Positions 25,434 through 38,996 of a DNA stretch of 64,000 bases are shown piece after piece. The first letter of the stretch is position 1. Each line of letters starts with the position of its first letter. Both the position numbers and the translations under genes were made by a program. This DNA is from Enoplolaimus lenunculus (lineage: Eukaryota). The DNA lies in NCBI GenBank assembly GCA_030248215.1, contig JASANG010002092.1, positions 372,001-436,000 of the forward strand, given 5' to 3'. The notes beneath the pieces are model-generated. The model did not search any database and was not told the DNA's origin. It worked only from the letters and a program-made list of their open reading frames with translations.

Positions 25434-26759
25434 AAGAAAAGAAAAAAAAATAAAATAAAAAAAAAACAAATAAACAAAAAAAAAAAAAAAAAAAAAAACA
25501 AAAAAAAAAAAAAAAAAAAAAATAAACAACAAGATGATGCATAAAAAAATCCAAACAAGAACAACTCGTATTGATTGTTCATCAGAGCACCGCCAGCAAA
25601 TGCTTAGCTATACATTAAACCGGCATATATATCATTTGCTGCAGAAGAACCTCCAGCTACAAATATATGTACACCAAATATTTTTAATATCACTTTACCC
25701 TGTTCTGACGCAGCAAGCAAAAACAACAAACGGGTCAAATGAAAGATTATAAATCCGTTAAAAGCGGGGGCATCTCATAGAAAAAACCAAAGCCATTCCA
25801 TTTGTCAAAAATTAGCTGGCTTCAACACAAACAAAGCGTTTGAGTTACAATACAAATTTAAATAAAGACATGTATATAGTGTTCTTATACGTATACAAAT
25901 TGCTCGTTATAGATATATGTACATAACCTCAATAGCAATTTAGTTACACGTTTAAAGAAATCACCAGTGACGTGAAATTCCGACACCCAAAACATAAAGA
26001 AACTGAACAAATGCCTGTGGCCGAAATTGCATTCCTTCAACTATAGCCAGGCACCCAAGAACACCCCAAGCATGGTGGTACGCGCAGTTTTCAAATGTTA
26101 AAACGATCAGGTTCTCACACAACAGATATATATGTATATATTATATATAAACATAAACAACAATAGCATCAAAATGTTTGCCCTACACCATACTCCCCCC
26201 TGGTATTATAAGAGGCGCAAACAATCAGGACACACAAAACCAGCCCCGAATGGTACCCCACTTGAGAAACTTGCTCATCCTCACCAAAATGCTGCAAGTC
26301 TTCACCAGAAACTTGCGCTAGTTCAGACCATTTACTATTTGTGCATGCCGATTTCCAAGCTATGGCCTGCACATATTTATATATGTATTATGGGCGTACA
26401 TATATGTAAACGTTCATATATATATACATACATACATACATATATATACAAACGAAGCATTTAATACATATTATGTATATGCAATATATGTCACACTCGC
26501 GTTTGTATCTATGTAAATCTTTTAAATGCCAGTCAGAAACTTTCCCACACCCAGTGACTTCTGAGCTGAGCGTGCGCAGAGGTGCAGAGCGCGCTGCTGC
26601 CGGGTTTAGATGGGCCACGGCTTATCTCTACCGCTCGGATGGTAGAGTTGTTAAATGCCAAAGGGCGTCAGTTTGAGACATTGGATCATCTTAAATATAC
26701 TCATAAATCATAGTCCACATTGCGTGTGTACGTCAATACATACGTTACGTTGAGGTTGT

Positions 26760-27070
26760 GTAGCGAAATTACGGAATCTATCCATCTCGATGAGCTGAAT
26801 TCAACGGTACCACATTTATGGCTGCATGACCAACGGTTCAAAAGTTGTGACATCGAAATTATAGTGCAAATAGCACAAGGTTGAAGAAAAGTGTCTATCA
26901 TTCACCTGTTCGTAAAATATTCGCTGTACAAATATAGTGCGCAGTTGCATATGTCATATAATGAAGTCAAAATTTAAATTATATAATTTGGTACCGCTGA
27001 ACTCAGCTCGTCGAAACCCATAAAATAAACAATTCAATAAATTTCTACGAATCGATATTCCGTGCCTCCG
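26760..27070. mobile_element. Fold-back (palindromic) MITE remnant
   Basis: Inverted arms TCGATGAGCTGAATTCAACGGTACCA (~26787) and TGGTACCGCTGAACTCAGCTCGTCGA (~26988). Confidence 0.55.
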
Positions 27071-27549
27071 GGTCCGTACCTCCGGGGAGGTATAAATGTT
27101 GTATTAGGTGCCTGCTATATGCACATTCGGTTGGTGGCTTTCGTATGTGTCCCCCAGACAAGGCTGTTGCCAGGTTTCAGGTGTCAAACCCCCTTGTGAT
27201 TGTACAGATTTAAAATTCCTCGTGAAAATTTTTTATTGAACGTACCACTCCTCTCTAAAATCGTGGCTGCGTCCATGCGTTCAATTTTCGAAATTTTTCA
27301 GATTTGGGTTATATAATTTAGGTAAGCCAAAGTTGTTTCCCTAAAGAAGAAATAAAATTTTGCGGTTGCTTTTAAGTTTAATATTATATTTTCAGAATTT
27401 ATTATTCGTATGATAAAAGAAAAAGAAGTACAAAAAACATTCATCATTTTCGTAAGAAAAAATTATATTTTATTTTCGCTAACGGTCCAAAATTGACCAT
27501 GATTAGAAGTGTCGGTCTCGGTAGTTGGGTCTCGTTCTCGAGTCGCGAG

Positions 27550-28252
27550 CAGGGATGTGCTGTCTCGGTGTCGGTCTCAGTCTCGGCAAGGCTTGGAATT
27601 TGGCTGGTCTCGGCCTCGGTTTTTTGAGTTTCGGAAGGTTTCAAACCGAGACCAAAGGAGAAAGACAAGTTCTCGTTTTTTCTGCTCAACGCTCACATTA
27701 AACGGACGTCAGTTGTATTTGTTGATTTTTCACTATAAATTTTTAGTAATGTCAAAACACAAATAGTTCTGTATATAGATGACATTAAAGGAGGCGTGGC
27801 CAAAAAAATTAAAAGTTCCGGTTAACGCTAAAATTTCATTTTCTGGCGATTGACGATTCATTTTCGTTGGAAAAAAGCTGAAAGCGTAATTTCACACTAA
27901 AACCGTAGTTTTCACACTGAAAGCGTTCTAATTTTATCGTCGTCTTTGGGGGTGGGGTCGTGTTATATTCCTGTATGTGTTTGTCAGTGTGTTTTTGTTA
28001 AAAATAAAATTTTGCGGTAATTTTTGTGCTTAATATTATAAATTCGGAGCAGATGCAACATTTTATTATGCTAGAATGACACAGAAGTACGAAAAACGAT
28101 TCAAAACTTTTGTTAGAATAAAAATTTTTATGCTCGGTAACGGTCAGAAACTGACCGAGACCGAGGCCAAACAGTCTCGGTCTAGGTTGTCGGGTCTCGG
28201 TTTCGGTTGTCGGGTCTGGGTCTCAGTTTTTGACCGTGACCGCACATCCCTG
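27550..28252. mobile_element. hAT MITE (family E, GTCTCG subterminal repeats)
   Basis: TIR CAGGGATGTGC at both ends; near-TSD GTCGCGAG / ATCGTGAG. Confidence 0.8.
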
Positions 28253-28674
28253 ATCGTGAGCCCCAACTTGAAACAAAGAACTGATGCGCTGTTGTTTGAA
28301 CTGTGTAGAGATACGAATCAAAACTTTTTGAGTAGAGGAGACTATATGTAGTACAAACAGAATCGGAATAGAAATTTTTATTTTGTTTGCAGTTTTGTTG
28401 TTACATTTTGCTTTGCAGGACTGATATGTATCGGCTTCTGACAGCAGTAACCGTTTCATCCAAGTAACATGGATAACATTAATCAGTCTATTTAACCATT
28501 CCACGCTTATATAGCACAAACGGATAGTTTGAGACACACTTACTTTCCAATCAAACTAATAGGCAACTTAGTTATTAGCTAACTATTCAGTGATCGGTTT
28601 TGGAGGGTTATAAACAATTCATTCCGATTTCTCGGCCCGCAAACGCTTTAGTACTAAATTTGATTGCATGTAAC

Positions 28675-29065
28675 CAGGGTGCAACCGGAATTACAATTTA
28701 CCGGAACCGGAATTTGAAAATTTTACCGGAACCGGAACCGGAAACGGAACCGGAAAGTGAAAAATGCATTTCACCAAAAATTTCATTTTATTCTTATTTT
28801 TTGCTCTATTATTTGTGAAATAACCTTAGTCGAACATAGGTATTTATTTTATATGTTGTATTTTAGATTTTCGTCGTCGACTGAAGTGAAATCCACCATC
28901 ATTGGCTTATATTTGGAGTACAAGTGGCTTTCAAAAGAGATTCTTAAAAATTAGCAAAGTTAAGAAAACGGCCAAATTATAACACCGGAATTTTTAAATC
29001 CGGTAAAAATTTACCGGAACCGGAAGGTGAAAAAATGCCGGAACCGGAATTCCGGTTGCACCCTG
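28675..29065. mobile_element. Young hAT MITE (family A), 391 bp
   Basis: 18-bp perfect TIR CAGGGTGCAACCGGAATT; perfect TSD CATGTAAC (28667-28674, 29066-29073); near-identical to three copies in TAF4 intron 3. Confidence 0.92.
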
Positions 29066-29315
29066 CATGTAACCATAATAATCAGTGAAAAAAATCTAAA
29101 AGTCTTAATTTAGGCGTTTAAATACTTAAGCTAATATGCAAATTTTAGCTAAGAATTCAATTATGGGTTTTGAAGGTATATAAACAATATATTCAAATTG
29201 GTCGCACCCAGAAACTCTTAAGTAAGCTTAATATTCAGGTAGATAATCTAAAAACTCCTAATTTAGGCTTATCAGTTACGCTATTATGCAAATTAGCAAT
29301 TAGCTAGCTATTTAA

Positions 29316-29687
29316 CACGGTTCCAACAGGAAGTAAACTTTGCCGGAACCGGAAAAGGAATTTAACCTTTTTGCAGGAACCGAAACAGGAACCGGAATTT
29401 GAAACAATTTTCGTCACCAAAAATTTCTATTGGACTTTTTAGAAACTTGCCAAACCATAGCGAATTTTCAGCTATTTCATCACCATACGTTTTGCGAAAA
29501 CACATCGGCAACAGCTGATTAACAATATTGAACTAATTGCAAAAACTTTAGGTTCGAAATCAAATTTGTTAAAGGCAAAGTTCTCGATATTCAAATGATT
29601 ATGAATAATTTACCACAAAACCGTGAATATTAGATGCAGTAACCGGAACAGGAATTGAGTTTTTGCAGAAATTCCAGTTGAAACGAT
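29316..29687. mobile_element. hAT MITE (family B), degenerate
   Basis: Homologous to 2432-2855; near-TSD CTATTTAA / CTATTTAG. Confidence 0.7.
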
Positions 29688-31540
29688 CTATTTAGTTATT
29701 GGTCTTAGATGTTTATAAACAGTTTATCCAGATTGCTCGCACACAAAAAACCTTCTTAGGCTTAACCAATTAAGCTAATATGCAAATTAGTTACTAGCTC
29801 ACTATTCAGCTATAGGTTTTGGAGGTTTATAAACAATTTATTCACAATTCTCGTACCCAAAAACCGTTTAGTACTGAAATTAGATTGCTTGTAACCATAA
29901 TAATTAGTGAAATACTATAAAAAGTCATAATTTAGGCTTAACCAACTATGCAAATTAGTATGTAGCTAATAAACGGTTTAAAATTTTAAAACCCCAATAC
30001 GAGGTTAACACTTCAGGATAATAAGCTTTCAATCAAAAAAGTATATCAAAATCAGTTCAGCGGTTACTGTCGTTCGAAGTTTTGCTTCGTTCAACAATGA
30101 TATATTTTCAAATTGTGGAGCATAAAAACTTGTGCACTGTTTGAAGTGTTTGAGTCGCGGAAAATATAAGTTTATTGAATTTGAATTAATCATAAGCTTG
30201 ATTTTTTTACTTGAATTCAGCGCATTAAATCGTAAAGGTCTCGACTTTCCCAGAAATGCCGCAGCAAGATGTTAGTTTTTTTGCCAAATTCGGGATCATC
30301 ACCGTAAATATCCGGTTGGTTCATACTGGACAACGGATATAAGATTTTAGCAAATATTAATCCGAATAATACATATGTGTGGGACGTTGGATAGAATTAT
30401 GTTACACACGTATGGTCCATAATAAATTACACAAACTGCAAACAAGCAACTCGGAAACCACTTTTGTACACAAAACGCAATTTCAATGCAAAACTGTACT
30501 AAACTGTAATGTAGCACAGCACCTCTCAAACTCAATATTTGCCGCAACTAAATCATAGACTGACTAAACATACTAATAGTATCGCTCTGATCAACGAAAG
30601 TAAACCAAATATAGAAATAAAAGAAATAAATATACGTATATATACGTATTAGAGTTGCCCCGGTGTCAGGATTTTTACCGGGGCCGCGGATGAAACGAAA
30701 GCCCCGGTGCCGTGGCCGATACCAACGGGGGCCATGTTAGAAAGAAACCATCAACATGAGCTACGATTTACGTATTACGTACATGGTGTCTAACACTGGG
30801 AAATCAATATATTGTGATTGTGTACTGCCCCCGGCCCATCAGTGTTTCACCGGAATTCCAGCAATAACGCAATTCCTGTTCCTGTTCCTCTTCCTGCATT
30901 CAAACCAGGGATGGGCGGTTTCGGTTAAAAACCGAGACTGATCAAGAAAAGTCTCGGTCTCGGTCAATTTTTGGCCATCACCGAGAAAAATTTAAATTTT
31001 CAAAATAAAAAATTCTTTTTTATGCATTTTTCATATTTTTTGTTACTTTATAGTTTTTGTGTTTTACATAGTTTTTTGTATTTGTTAGAGTAACTATGAA
31101 ATTTCATAATTTCACAGAAGAATTTTATTTTCTTCAGCAATCACTTACTTCAACAATACAGTCATACAGTAACATCCGACATTGGTTCTGGTGCAAAATT
31201 TACCATCGATTCCGGTTGCGGTATCCGGTAACGGTGGCAACAAAGGTTCGGATTCGGCAATTTGTGTTTTTCATTTTTAAACAATAAAAATTTGAAATAA
31301 CTTGTTATATAAATAATATTTTTTATTTCAGGTCGCAAATCTTGAAACTGAGGTCGGGCATAAAATATACGTATGTTAACGTAACGTTTAAAATTATGCT
31401 GCTGACAATGCGTTGATATTTTGAAACAAATTATAGATATATCTGAAGTTTGGAACTTTCAAGATTCGTATTCGGATCCGGCAAATTAGCAGTGTAACCG
31501 GATTCGGTCAAATCGTGGATTCGGTGAAACCCTGATATAT

Positions 31541-34500
31541 ACCAGCCGTAGTGGGACCACATGTACTGAGCGAAGCTCGAACACACTTAAAGAATTAAAT
31601 TACTATGCAAATTAGTTATTAGCTAACTATTCATTTATCGGTTTTAGAGGTTTCTAAACAATTTATTCAGATTCCTCGCACCCAAACACCCTTTATTGCT
31701 GAAATTAGATTGCTTGTAACCCTAATAATTAGTTAAATATTGTAAAACATTCTAACTTAAACTTATCAATTATGCTAATATGCAAATTAGCTATAGCTAA
31801 ATATTCAATTAACGATTTTGAAGGTTGGCAGACAATTTATTCAGATTCCTCGCACCCAAAAAACGCTTTATTGCTGAAATTACATTGTTTCTAACCTTAA
31901 TTATTAGTGAATTGCAAGAAAGTCCTAATTTTGGCTTACCAATTACGCTAATGTGTAGATTAGCTCTTAGCTAACTATTCAACTATCGGTTTTACAGATT
32001 TGTAGACCATTTATTCAAATTTCGCGCGCCCAAACACCTTTAGTACTGAAATTTTATTGCTTTTAACCGCAATAATTAGTGAAAATCTTAAAAAGTCCTA
32101 ACTTAGGCTTAACCAATTATGCAAATTAGCCTGGCTAGCTAACCAGTCGTAGTGGGACTACATGTATTGAGCGAAGCTCGAACACTCGTAAGCAACTAAG
32201 GTAATATGCAAATTAGTTATTAGCGAACTATTCATTTATCGGTTTTGGAGTTAGACGTTTGTAAACAATTTATTCAGATTCCTCGCACTCAAACACGTTC
32301 AGTAAACCTTAATAATTATTGAAAAAATTTAAAAAGTCCTAATTTTGTCTTGTCAATTAACCTAATATGCAAATAAGATATTAGCGAACTATTCAATTAT
32401 CGGTTTTAGACGTTTGTAAATAATTCATTTAGATTCCTCACACCAAAAAACTTTCAGTAAACCCCAATACACAATTATTGAAATAATTTAAAAGTCCCAA
32501 TTTTGTCTTGTCAATTAAGCTACTGGCTTCTCCACAGCTTGAAAATTTCCGCCGGGGGGGCGTTTCCTGGGGGCCCCCAGGAGTTTCCTGGGGGGCAGCT
32601 AATTTTGCTGGGAGCCAGTTTTCCTGGGGGACCCCAGATGATCTGGGGGTCCTGGGGGGCATGCTCAAAATTTTGCAAGCCGACTTTTTGGACCATTTTT
32701 TTATTCTAGATCGTGTTTCCAACTCAACTGAAGATTAACCATCGCTCAACATGACAAAAATTCCCCGCAAACTCTAATAACAATAATTTTAACTAATATT
32801 ACTGACAACTTTACCAGAAGTTGAAAGAAGCACAATTATATAAAATATAGATAATCTATAATTGAAACTGTGATTAACATATATTTTATATATTAGTCAC
32901 AGCTTCAGTTTATCATAAGGCTCAGGCGGGTTGAACTTGTTGCTGCAAGGTACTTTCGAATGCTGTATGCCCTGAAACGGTCTTTATATAATTGTGCTTT
33001 TTTCAGTTCATTATTGAATTGTACTAGTTACTACCGGTATTTGTAACGCTATTAAAAAATTATAAGTACTCAGCGTAATATAAAATCACATTTTGCCGAA
33101 TGTCCGCCTCAAAAAAAGTCCAGGTCTTTATTTTATAACATTGAAAATTTTTGACTTAGAAAAGTCCTTGGGGGCACCCAGCAAAAAAATTTGCTGGGGG
33201 GCATTTTGCTGGGGGGCGGCCGAAAATTCGCCGGGGGCCCTTTCTGGGGGCGGCAAAATTTTCGCCGGGGGAAAATGAAAATTTCAAAAAGTGCTGGGGC
33301 CTCCCCTCTGTGGAGAAGCCAGAGCTAATATGCAAATTGGCTATTAGCTAACTATTCATTTATCGGTTTTGGAGTTAGACGTTTGTAAACAATTTATTCA
33401 GATTCCTCGCACTCAAACACGTTCAGTAAACCCTAATAATTCCTCACACCAAAAAACTTTCAGTAAACCCCAATACACAATTATTGAAATAATTTAAAAG
33501 TCCCAATTTTGTCTTGTCAATTAAGCTAATATGCAAATTGGCTATTAGCTAACTATTCATTTATCGGTTTTGGAGGTAGACGTATGTAAACAATTTATTC
33601 AGATTCCTCGCACTCAAACACGTTCAGTAAACCCTAACAGTTATTGAAATAATTTAAAAAAGTCCTAATTTTGTCTTGTCAATTAAGCTAATATGCAAAT
33701 ATGATATTAGTGAACTATTCAATTATCGGTTTTAGACGTTTGTAAATAATTCATTTAGATTCTTCGCACCAAAAAACTTTCAGTAAACCCCAATTCACAA
33801 TTATTGACATAATTTGAAAAGTCCTAATTTTGTCTTGTCAATTAAGCAAATATGTAAATTAGCTAACTATTCAGTTATCTGTTTTGAGTTTTTGTAAACA
33901 AAAACAATTTATTCAAATTCCTCGCACAAGCAAACCCGTTATTGCTGAAATTAGATTGCTTGTAACCCTAATAATTAGTGAAACATTGTAAAACGCCCAA
34001 TTTAGGTTTATCAATTATGCTTATATGCAAATTATCTATTAGCTAACTACTCAATTATCGGTTTTAGACGTTTGTAAATACTTTATTTAGATTCCGCGCA
34101 CCAAAAAACTTTCAGTAAACCCCAATACAGAATTATTGAAATAATTTAAAAGTCCCAATTTTGTCTTGTCAATTAAGCTAATATGCAAATTGGCTATTAG
34201 CTAACTATTAATTTATAGGTTTTGGAGTTAGACGTTTGTAAACAATTTATTCAGATTCCTCGCATCAATCACGTTCAGTAAACCCTAATAATTATTGAAA
34301 TAATTTAAAAAGTCCTAATTTTGTGCTGTCAATTAAGCTAATATGCAAATTAGCTATTAGCTAACTATTCAATTATCCGTTTTGGACGTTTGGAAACAAT
34401 TTATTCAAATTCCTCGAACCCAAAAAACTTCAGTAAACTCTAATAATTATTGAAATAATTCGAAGTCCTAATTTTGTCTTGTCAATTAAGCTAATATACA

Positions 34501-34917
34501 AATTAGTTATTAACTAACTATTCAATTATCGGTTTTGGAGGTTTGTAAACAATTTTTTGAAATTACTCACAGTTAAAAACCCTTTAATGCTGAAGTAATA
34601 TTGCTGTTAACCTTAATAATTAGTGAAATATTGTAAAAAGTCCAAATTTAGGCTTAGAAAGTCCTAATTTAGGCTTAATTAATTATGCAAATTAGCCTGT
34701 AGCTAATAAACGGCTTACAATTTTAAAACCCCAATGCGAGGTTAACACCCCAGGATAATGGGCTTTCAAACAAAAAAGTTTATCAAAATCAATTCAGTCG
34801 TTCCTGAGATTCTTTTCGGACGGACAGACGGACATCCACCTTTCGACCCCCAAGTACAAAACATAAATCGCTTCGCGAAAGTCCGAGATTCGCTCGGAGT
34901 TTCGCTTTGCTCAAAAA
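31541..34917 (-). mobile_element. DINE-1/HINE-like non-autonomous Helentron with a central ~155-175 bp tandem array (full unit 32141-34917, duplicated 3' part 31541-32140)
   Basis: On the minus strand: 5' subTIR TTGAGC(A/G)AAGC, inverted repeat CTCCGAG...CTCGGA, GTCCGTCTGTCCGTCCG microsatellite, many ATGCAAATTAG...CAGATTCCTCGCAC units, 3' subTIR GCTTCGCTCAA, and terminal hairpin GTAGT-CCC-ACTAC. Confidence 0.75.
32523..33322. mobile_element. 800-bp TIR element with G-run-rich arms and a 5-bp TSD, superfamily unassigned
   Basis: 15-bp perfect TIR CTGGCTTCTCCACAG; AGCTA duplicated at 32518-32522 and 33323-33327 relative to the empty-site repeat unit CAATTAAGCTAATATGCAAATT. Confidence 0.85.
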
Positions 34918-35365
34918 TATTAAAATTTGCAATATTGTATACATTACTTACCTGTGTGATGCCGCCCACCATTCGGTGACTAATTAACGTGCGTTCATCT
35001 TCAACTTCGATTGCGTGTTAATGTTCAACTCCAATAGACGCACACTTACAAACATGATATTCGTAACATTGCTGTAACAGTTACACGTGTATTGGACTAG
35101 GTCACTGGGTCAGGATAAGAAAACTGGTGACCAGGGTTTCAACAGGTTATAAGTATTACCGTAACATGAACAGGAATTGAATTTAATTGGAAGAACCGGA
35201 ACTAATTTTCACTACCGAATTACTGTTGGATTTTTAAGAAAACCAGCCAAAAACGGCGTAGCCAAATTTTCAGCAATAATATCATTTAAGTTTTGTGAAA
35301 CCATCTCAAATTTTTAATTTAACAGTTATGGACAAAACTGAACTAAATGCAAAAACAGTCATTTC

Positions 35366-35976
35366 CAGGGACGGGAGTCTCAATGAAGAAATTGAGACTT
35401 TTGAGTCTCAGAAATTTTTTCCACAATACCGAAATTTTTTAAAAACCCTAAATCACGAATGTCGAACGTCTTATTCCGCTCAAAAATATTAATAATATAA
35501 GATTGAAAAAATAACGTATCTGGAAAACGTATTCATTTATTTGGCACAAAAAACAAAGACAAAACACAAACAAAAACACACAAACCCACGAACAAAAATC
35601 CCCCCCTCGCCCCCCCAACCCCCCCAAAAAACCCACCCACCCCACCAAAACAAAAAAAAAAAAAAAAAACACACCCAACCCCCCCCCCTCACAAAAAAAA
35701 ACAACACAAATAGCATGCTCTGAAAAACGCAAATATTAAATTTACTTCGGTCAAACACATATAACATTGTTATAATATAGCATGAATTTTTCTTATAACA
35801 ATAAGAAATATTAATAAAACAATTTGCCACAACTGGCACTCCTGTCTGGCATCAGAATCAGAGTCTCAGTTTGCAAACCTGAGACTTTTCAAAAGCTGAG
35901 ACTGAGAAAAAGACTGAGACAACGCGAGTCTCAGGAATCTTCGAGACTTTAGACTGAGACAGAGACCCCATCCCTG
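35366..35976. mobile_element. hAT MITE (family E-like) nested in a family B copy (~35132-36072)
   Basis: CAGGGACGGGAGTCTC...GAGACCCCATCCCTG; near-TSD GTCATTTC / CTCATTTC. Confidence 0.75.
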
Positions 35977-37607
35977 CTCATTTCGAAATGAATAATTTTG
36001 CAAAGACAAAGTTTGCAATGTGTAAATCATAAAATAAAATCAGAAACTAAAAAAGGAATTCCGATGGAACCTGTGCCATTAAGCTTCAGAGACATATGTT
36101 TTTGCACAAGCTGAGCATTTTTTCTCGTTGCCATTCATTCCAGCTTCCACACTTGAAATAGTTACCTTTCTGTTTAACTAGTTGCTGACTAAACCACTAG
36201 CTACGTAAAACACCTCTGAAAACAAACCGTACTTTACAAAGTGTCTTACAAATCAGCTATTTTGCCATTAGGTTATGACCAGTTCTAAATACTGGATTCC
36301 AGTACCTCTACAATATTAGTGTTAGAAGCTTCAGTGAAGTTCGCCAATGCTATTCACTAGTGCAAATAAGTGACCATTGCGGTGACGTGAAAGCTGGTTT
36401 ACTTTCCCTGTAGTAGAAAAATTATGGACTTCATCAGTTTCAATTTTACTTGACCGCAGTTAGAGGTCTTATAATTATTTCACTCATTTCCCAATGTGGC
36501 TATGAGTAAAGTTGATTCCTGTGCGCGTATTCTAAAACGTGTGTTCCACCTATAACTGTTTGGCAATAGGTCTTGCAGAGTAACCCTCGGAATCAGAATT
36601 TTGTTAGAACCAAAAAGGAATGATGTGACTAGATATTCCGCACATATTCGATTCGCAATCGATTTATCCCCGTTCTGTGCCAATATTGTGAACCGCATTG
36701 TTACTTTAAAAACATATCACTATCCAGTGATAAGATGCTATAGGTACATATTTTAGGAATATTGGCCTTAAACAATAGACTTCGAATCACTCAGAATATT
36801 ACAGCTTTGCTAACTAAAATAATGCTAACGACGCATACTCCCAAGGAACCAACCGATGTGATGTCAATAGTGTTAGATGAATGAGCGAAGGCATTGCTAA
36901 ACCCTTAACCAACCTTCTTTTTCTGAGAAATCCAACAGTTCAAACAACTCTTCTGTCACTGACGACAAGTTTTACGAAGATAAATAAACTTTCATTTCCA
37001 AATTTGCTGGAACCTTCAACTAAGCTTAATACCGTGCCCAAGGTGAGATTATTTCGCAGTCGGAAGCACATTTGCTAGCGAGTTTTATTCTGAATTTCAG
37101 GAAGCCTAGCTACCCTATTTAAGCGGAAAATGCTACAATATTTTATAGTTAAAGAATCTTTGCGAAACAGATAACTCATGACTGAAAATGTGTGTTTATC
37201 CATGGCCAATTGTTAATCGCACTGTATCTACCATCACCGTTTTTACGCAACTACCTTTACTTCTAGCATCATCTGCAACAAGCTAGTCATCATGAATTTG
37301 CACGTAACTGTAGATAGGTAACATGGCTGCCAATACTGGTGTATCACTTGTTTTGGCAATGCTTAGCACTTGCGTTCAAACACGCGGCCGACTAGCAGTC
37401 GTTGCCAAGCAAGCTGTGATTAGGGTCCACATGTACGTAAATCTTGTTCATAGTGTAAGGTTGTGCGGTGTTAAAAGCAATGTAAGTGTTATGAATTGAA
37501 ATGCTTCTAGTTGATTTACCGATACGGTAAAGATAACGTGATTTATTATATTTTTCTTGTTCAGGGTGTAAGGCTGCGCGGTCTTAATGGCAATGTACAA
37601 TACACGA

Positions 37608-38648
37608 CAGGGGTGTGCCGATACTAAAGTTTTTGCCGATACCGATGTCGGCCCTTATTGTCAGTCAAGGTAAAAAGAGGAACTTCAGACCTTTTTACTA
37701 AGCAGTGGGAAAAGCGAGCCTTCAGAGTGGGGATCGAACCAGCGGCTTTAGGATTCTGAGGCAAACGCCCTACCCGTGCGCCACGCAGCCCGCTTCCCCA
37801 ATTACTTTTATCGTCGACAGTTAATTTTCTCAAACAAAAAATTCTATAAAATAGACAAAGAATGGAGAAAGTTTATAACAACAATATTGTACCATTATTT
37901 ATAACCAAAATCGCAATACTTGAGTATGTATATATATCAAGTATAGCTTTTAATTAATACTTTTTTCGCATAACTATGCAAATTTGTAGATTCACATCAA
38001 ATTTTTATCAGCCATCACTTACTTCAATAATACAGATATCACGGTACAAAGCGAAACTGGATTATGCCGGAATCGAAACAGGAAATTTATACCGGAGTTG
38101 TAATCGGAATCGAAATCGGAACCAGAAATTTTGCGTGTGTACGGATAATTTGTATTAAATTGATTTGTGTATGTTGGCTGGCAACAATTTTCAAAAACAT
38201 TTCATGAACAAATAGACGATGATTTTTGGTTCTGGAAAGCTTAACTACAATCTATTATTGACAAATAAGTCATCGAAAACAATTTATTAGAAAAATAATA
38301 TATACAGAATTCTGATGCAACATATCACAAATTCACAAGAAATAGAACTAAAACTAAAATTTAGAAATTCCGATTCCGATTGATTGTGCAATCGGAACTC
38401 GTTTTGAATCTGAATCGGAATTCCGGTTACACCCTGACAGCCGTATTTTTTGAATCCTCATCTGGTTTTGGTTCCAAACCCCGAGACTCAAAACCGATGC
38501 TCCCATTCCTGTTTATTATTATTAGTAGTATAGTATGTAAACCTTGACAGTGGCAATCTTCTGAAATAAACTGTCATAGGTAGATTTCGCTTCCGTGGAT
38601 AATATCGATATCGGCATCGGCAAAAATTTTGGTATCGGCACATCCCTA
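37608..38648. mobile_element. hAT MITE (family F, GCCGAT repeats) containing a tRNA-like segment and a nested family C copy
   Basis: Ends CAGGGGTGTGCCGATAC...GTATCGGCACATCCCTA; same termini as 63380-63922. Confidence 0.7.
37722..37791 (-). pseudogene. tRNA-derived sequence (SINE head or tRNA pseudogene)
   Basis: A-box TGGCGCACGGG and B-box GGTTCGATCCC at tRNA-like spacing; cloverleaf stems pair poorly. Confidence 0.55.
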
Positions 38649-38996
38649 ATTGGAACACTGTTACAGACGTATAATATATCAGTTTTGTTAACAACAAACC
38701 AATGTGTAATAATTATGTTGAAACCTACGTAGTTAATTAATTTTTCATATACGTGTTTATAACGATTTTGTGCCATGACTTCGCTTGGAAATGATAGGGT
38801 AGCACTTTGAGTGCTTCAGTTTTTCAACATTGATTCTAAAGCTAAATGTTTGATGTAACCGTGTTGTCGTCGTAATCTCCATTTATTTGTTGTGGAACCG
38901 TGTTGATTGACCGTTGCATGAAAATTGGCTGTGTCATTACAATCATCGATTGGTGTCAAGAACGTGACGTGAAAGTGTTGCGTCCCGGACGCAAGT

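Noticed and set aside
25261..25582. Poly-Phe ORFs (and the G/P/K-rich ORFs at 35448-35839)
   Set aside because: Arise from A/C homopolymer tracts, probably low-quality sequence.
25900..26650. Possible talin promoter or non-coding first exon near TA/TACA repeats and a GC patch
   Set aside because: Plausible, but no decisive signal without transcript data.
31600..34700. CRISPR-like array
   Set aside because: Eukaryotic context, whole-unit tandem repeats without unique spacers, and no cas genes.
36100..37450. Short ORFs in non-repetitive DNA upstream of TAF4
   Set aside because: No consistent exon chain or recognisable protein.
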